Source of the DNA: Amoeboradix gromovi X-113
Lineage: Eukaryota; Fungi; Sanchytriomycota
NCBI GenBank assembly: GCA_018985225.1
Contig: JADGIF010000401.1
Coordinates: 1 to 9,316, forward strand
Direction: 5' to 3'
Length of the DNA: 9,316 nt
This document shows positions 8,512 through 9,316 of this stretch, piece after piece. A model generated the notes under the pieces. The model did no database searches. It saw only the letters and a list, made by a program, of their open reading frames with translations, and was not told the DNA's origin. Positions within the stretch are counted from its first letter, which is position 1. Each line of letters opens with the position of its first letter. Both the position numbers and the translations under genes were made by a program.

Positions 8512-9148
8512 AATGAGACATACTCTGTAAAAACCAGACTGGACAATTTGTATCGAAATTTCAAAAATAAATATTCTGTACAGCTATTCTCTTACTCTAC
8601 AATCTTTGTTTTAAATAAAATATCACTACTACTCTGTAAAAACTAGACTAGCACTCTGATTCATTATAATGATTCCTAATAGGGCATGTCTTCATTTAAG
8701 AACTATCCAGAAAGAACTGTCTTGCACATAAATAGAGACCTTTCCTAATAAACTCATGGCCAAGAGAAAGCAAAAGCTTTCATACACCAGTAAATCAAAG
8801 AAGAAAAAGCGGACACTGACATTGAAGATGTAGTTGTTGGAACAGTTAAAACGAAGTTGAAATTCAGCAAGACTAGAGTCAGGGAAACTGTCCATAGATT
8901 ACACTTCAAAGAAATGTAGTGTCTGTGAGAATGAAATAGGTAAGAGTAATGATGTTAGTATACATTACAAAATGGAATGAAGAAAGAGTACCGTCTAAGA
9001 AAATGCACCTTTTGCTTAGATGCTCAAAGGCCTCATATATTTGAACGAGATGCAGGGTCTTATAGTTTTATTTTGAAAAGAAGAATACAATCAATGAAAG
9101 AAAATTGGTATAATAGAAGAAGATCTTTTATTAATGATAGCATTTCCT
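8512..9148 (+). mobile_element. Fanzor1-like short, degenerate unit; right arm of the large inverted repeat
   Basis: Inverted copy of 535-1174. Translates in pieces to ETYSVKTRLDNLYRNFKNKYSVQLFSYSTIFVLNKISLLLCK, TKLKFSKTRVRETVHR, YTSKKCSVCENEIGKSNDVSI and KEYRLRKCTFCLDAQRPHIFERDAGSYSFILKR. Confidence 0.7.
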
Positions 9149-9298
9149 AGTCAGACATGTACAAGGTGTGGTACTCTAAAGAAAACCAACTTAGAAACTT
9201 ACACCTGTACAAAGTGTCATTTGGAGATAGATAGAGACCATATGGCTGCAAGGAACATATACATCAAGTATCTGCATCCTTATTCAATCCCGCCTTAG
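9149..9298 (+). pseudogene. TnpB/Fanzor2-like C-terminal zinc ribbon + RuvC-III fragment, 5'-truncated
   Basis: Reads SQTCTRCGTLKKTNLETYTCTKCHLEIDRDHMAARNIYIKYLHPYSIPP*, a canonical CxxC...CxxC followed by DRDxxAARNI. Too short for the ORF track. Confidence 0.9.
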
Positions 9299-9316
9299 GG
9301 TAGTGAAAGCGTGAGC

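Noticed and set aside
1-9316. CRISPR array, tRNA/rRNA genes, intact transposase or serine recombinase
   Set aside because: No regularly spaced repeats, cloverleaf/rRNA signatures or DDE/Y1/serine-recombinase motifs were seen.

Overview
AT-rich, apparently eukaryotic window; a compact, early-diverging fungus-like genome is inferred from the P-type ATPase subtype and a GT-AG micro-intron. The one intact gene is a ~1041-aa P2C/P2E (Na+/K+, ACU-like) P-type ATPase at 3921-7067, split by a 21-nt intron. It is surrounded by decayed genes the ORF track mostly misses: a PLAC8-family pseudogene, a Crinkler/RHS-type NTPase + PD-(D/E)xK nuclease pseudogene and an LRR membrane-protein pseudogene. The main signal is four TnpB/Fanzor (OMEGA RNA-guided nuclease) remnants. 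Two are copies of a ~640-bp Fanzor1-like unit forming a large inverted repeat (535-1174 and 8512-9148) around ~7.3 kb. The other two are distinct Fanzor2/TnpB-like C-terminal fragments (8039-8310 minus, 9149-9298 plus); the first is followed by a UUCG-loop hairpin and a CGG end resembling an IS607-type omegaRNA/right end. All family assignments come from hand translation and motif recognition, not database searches.
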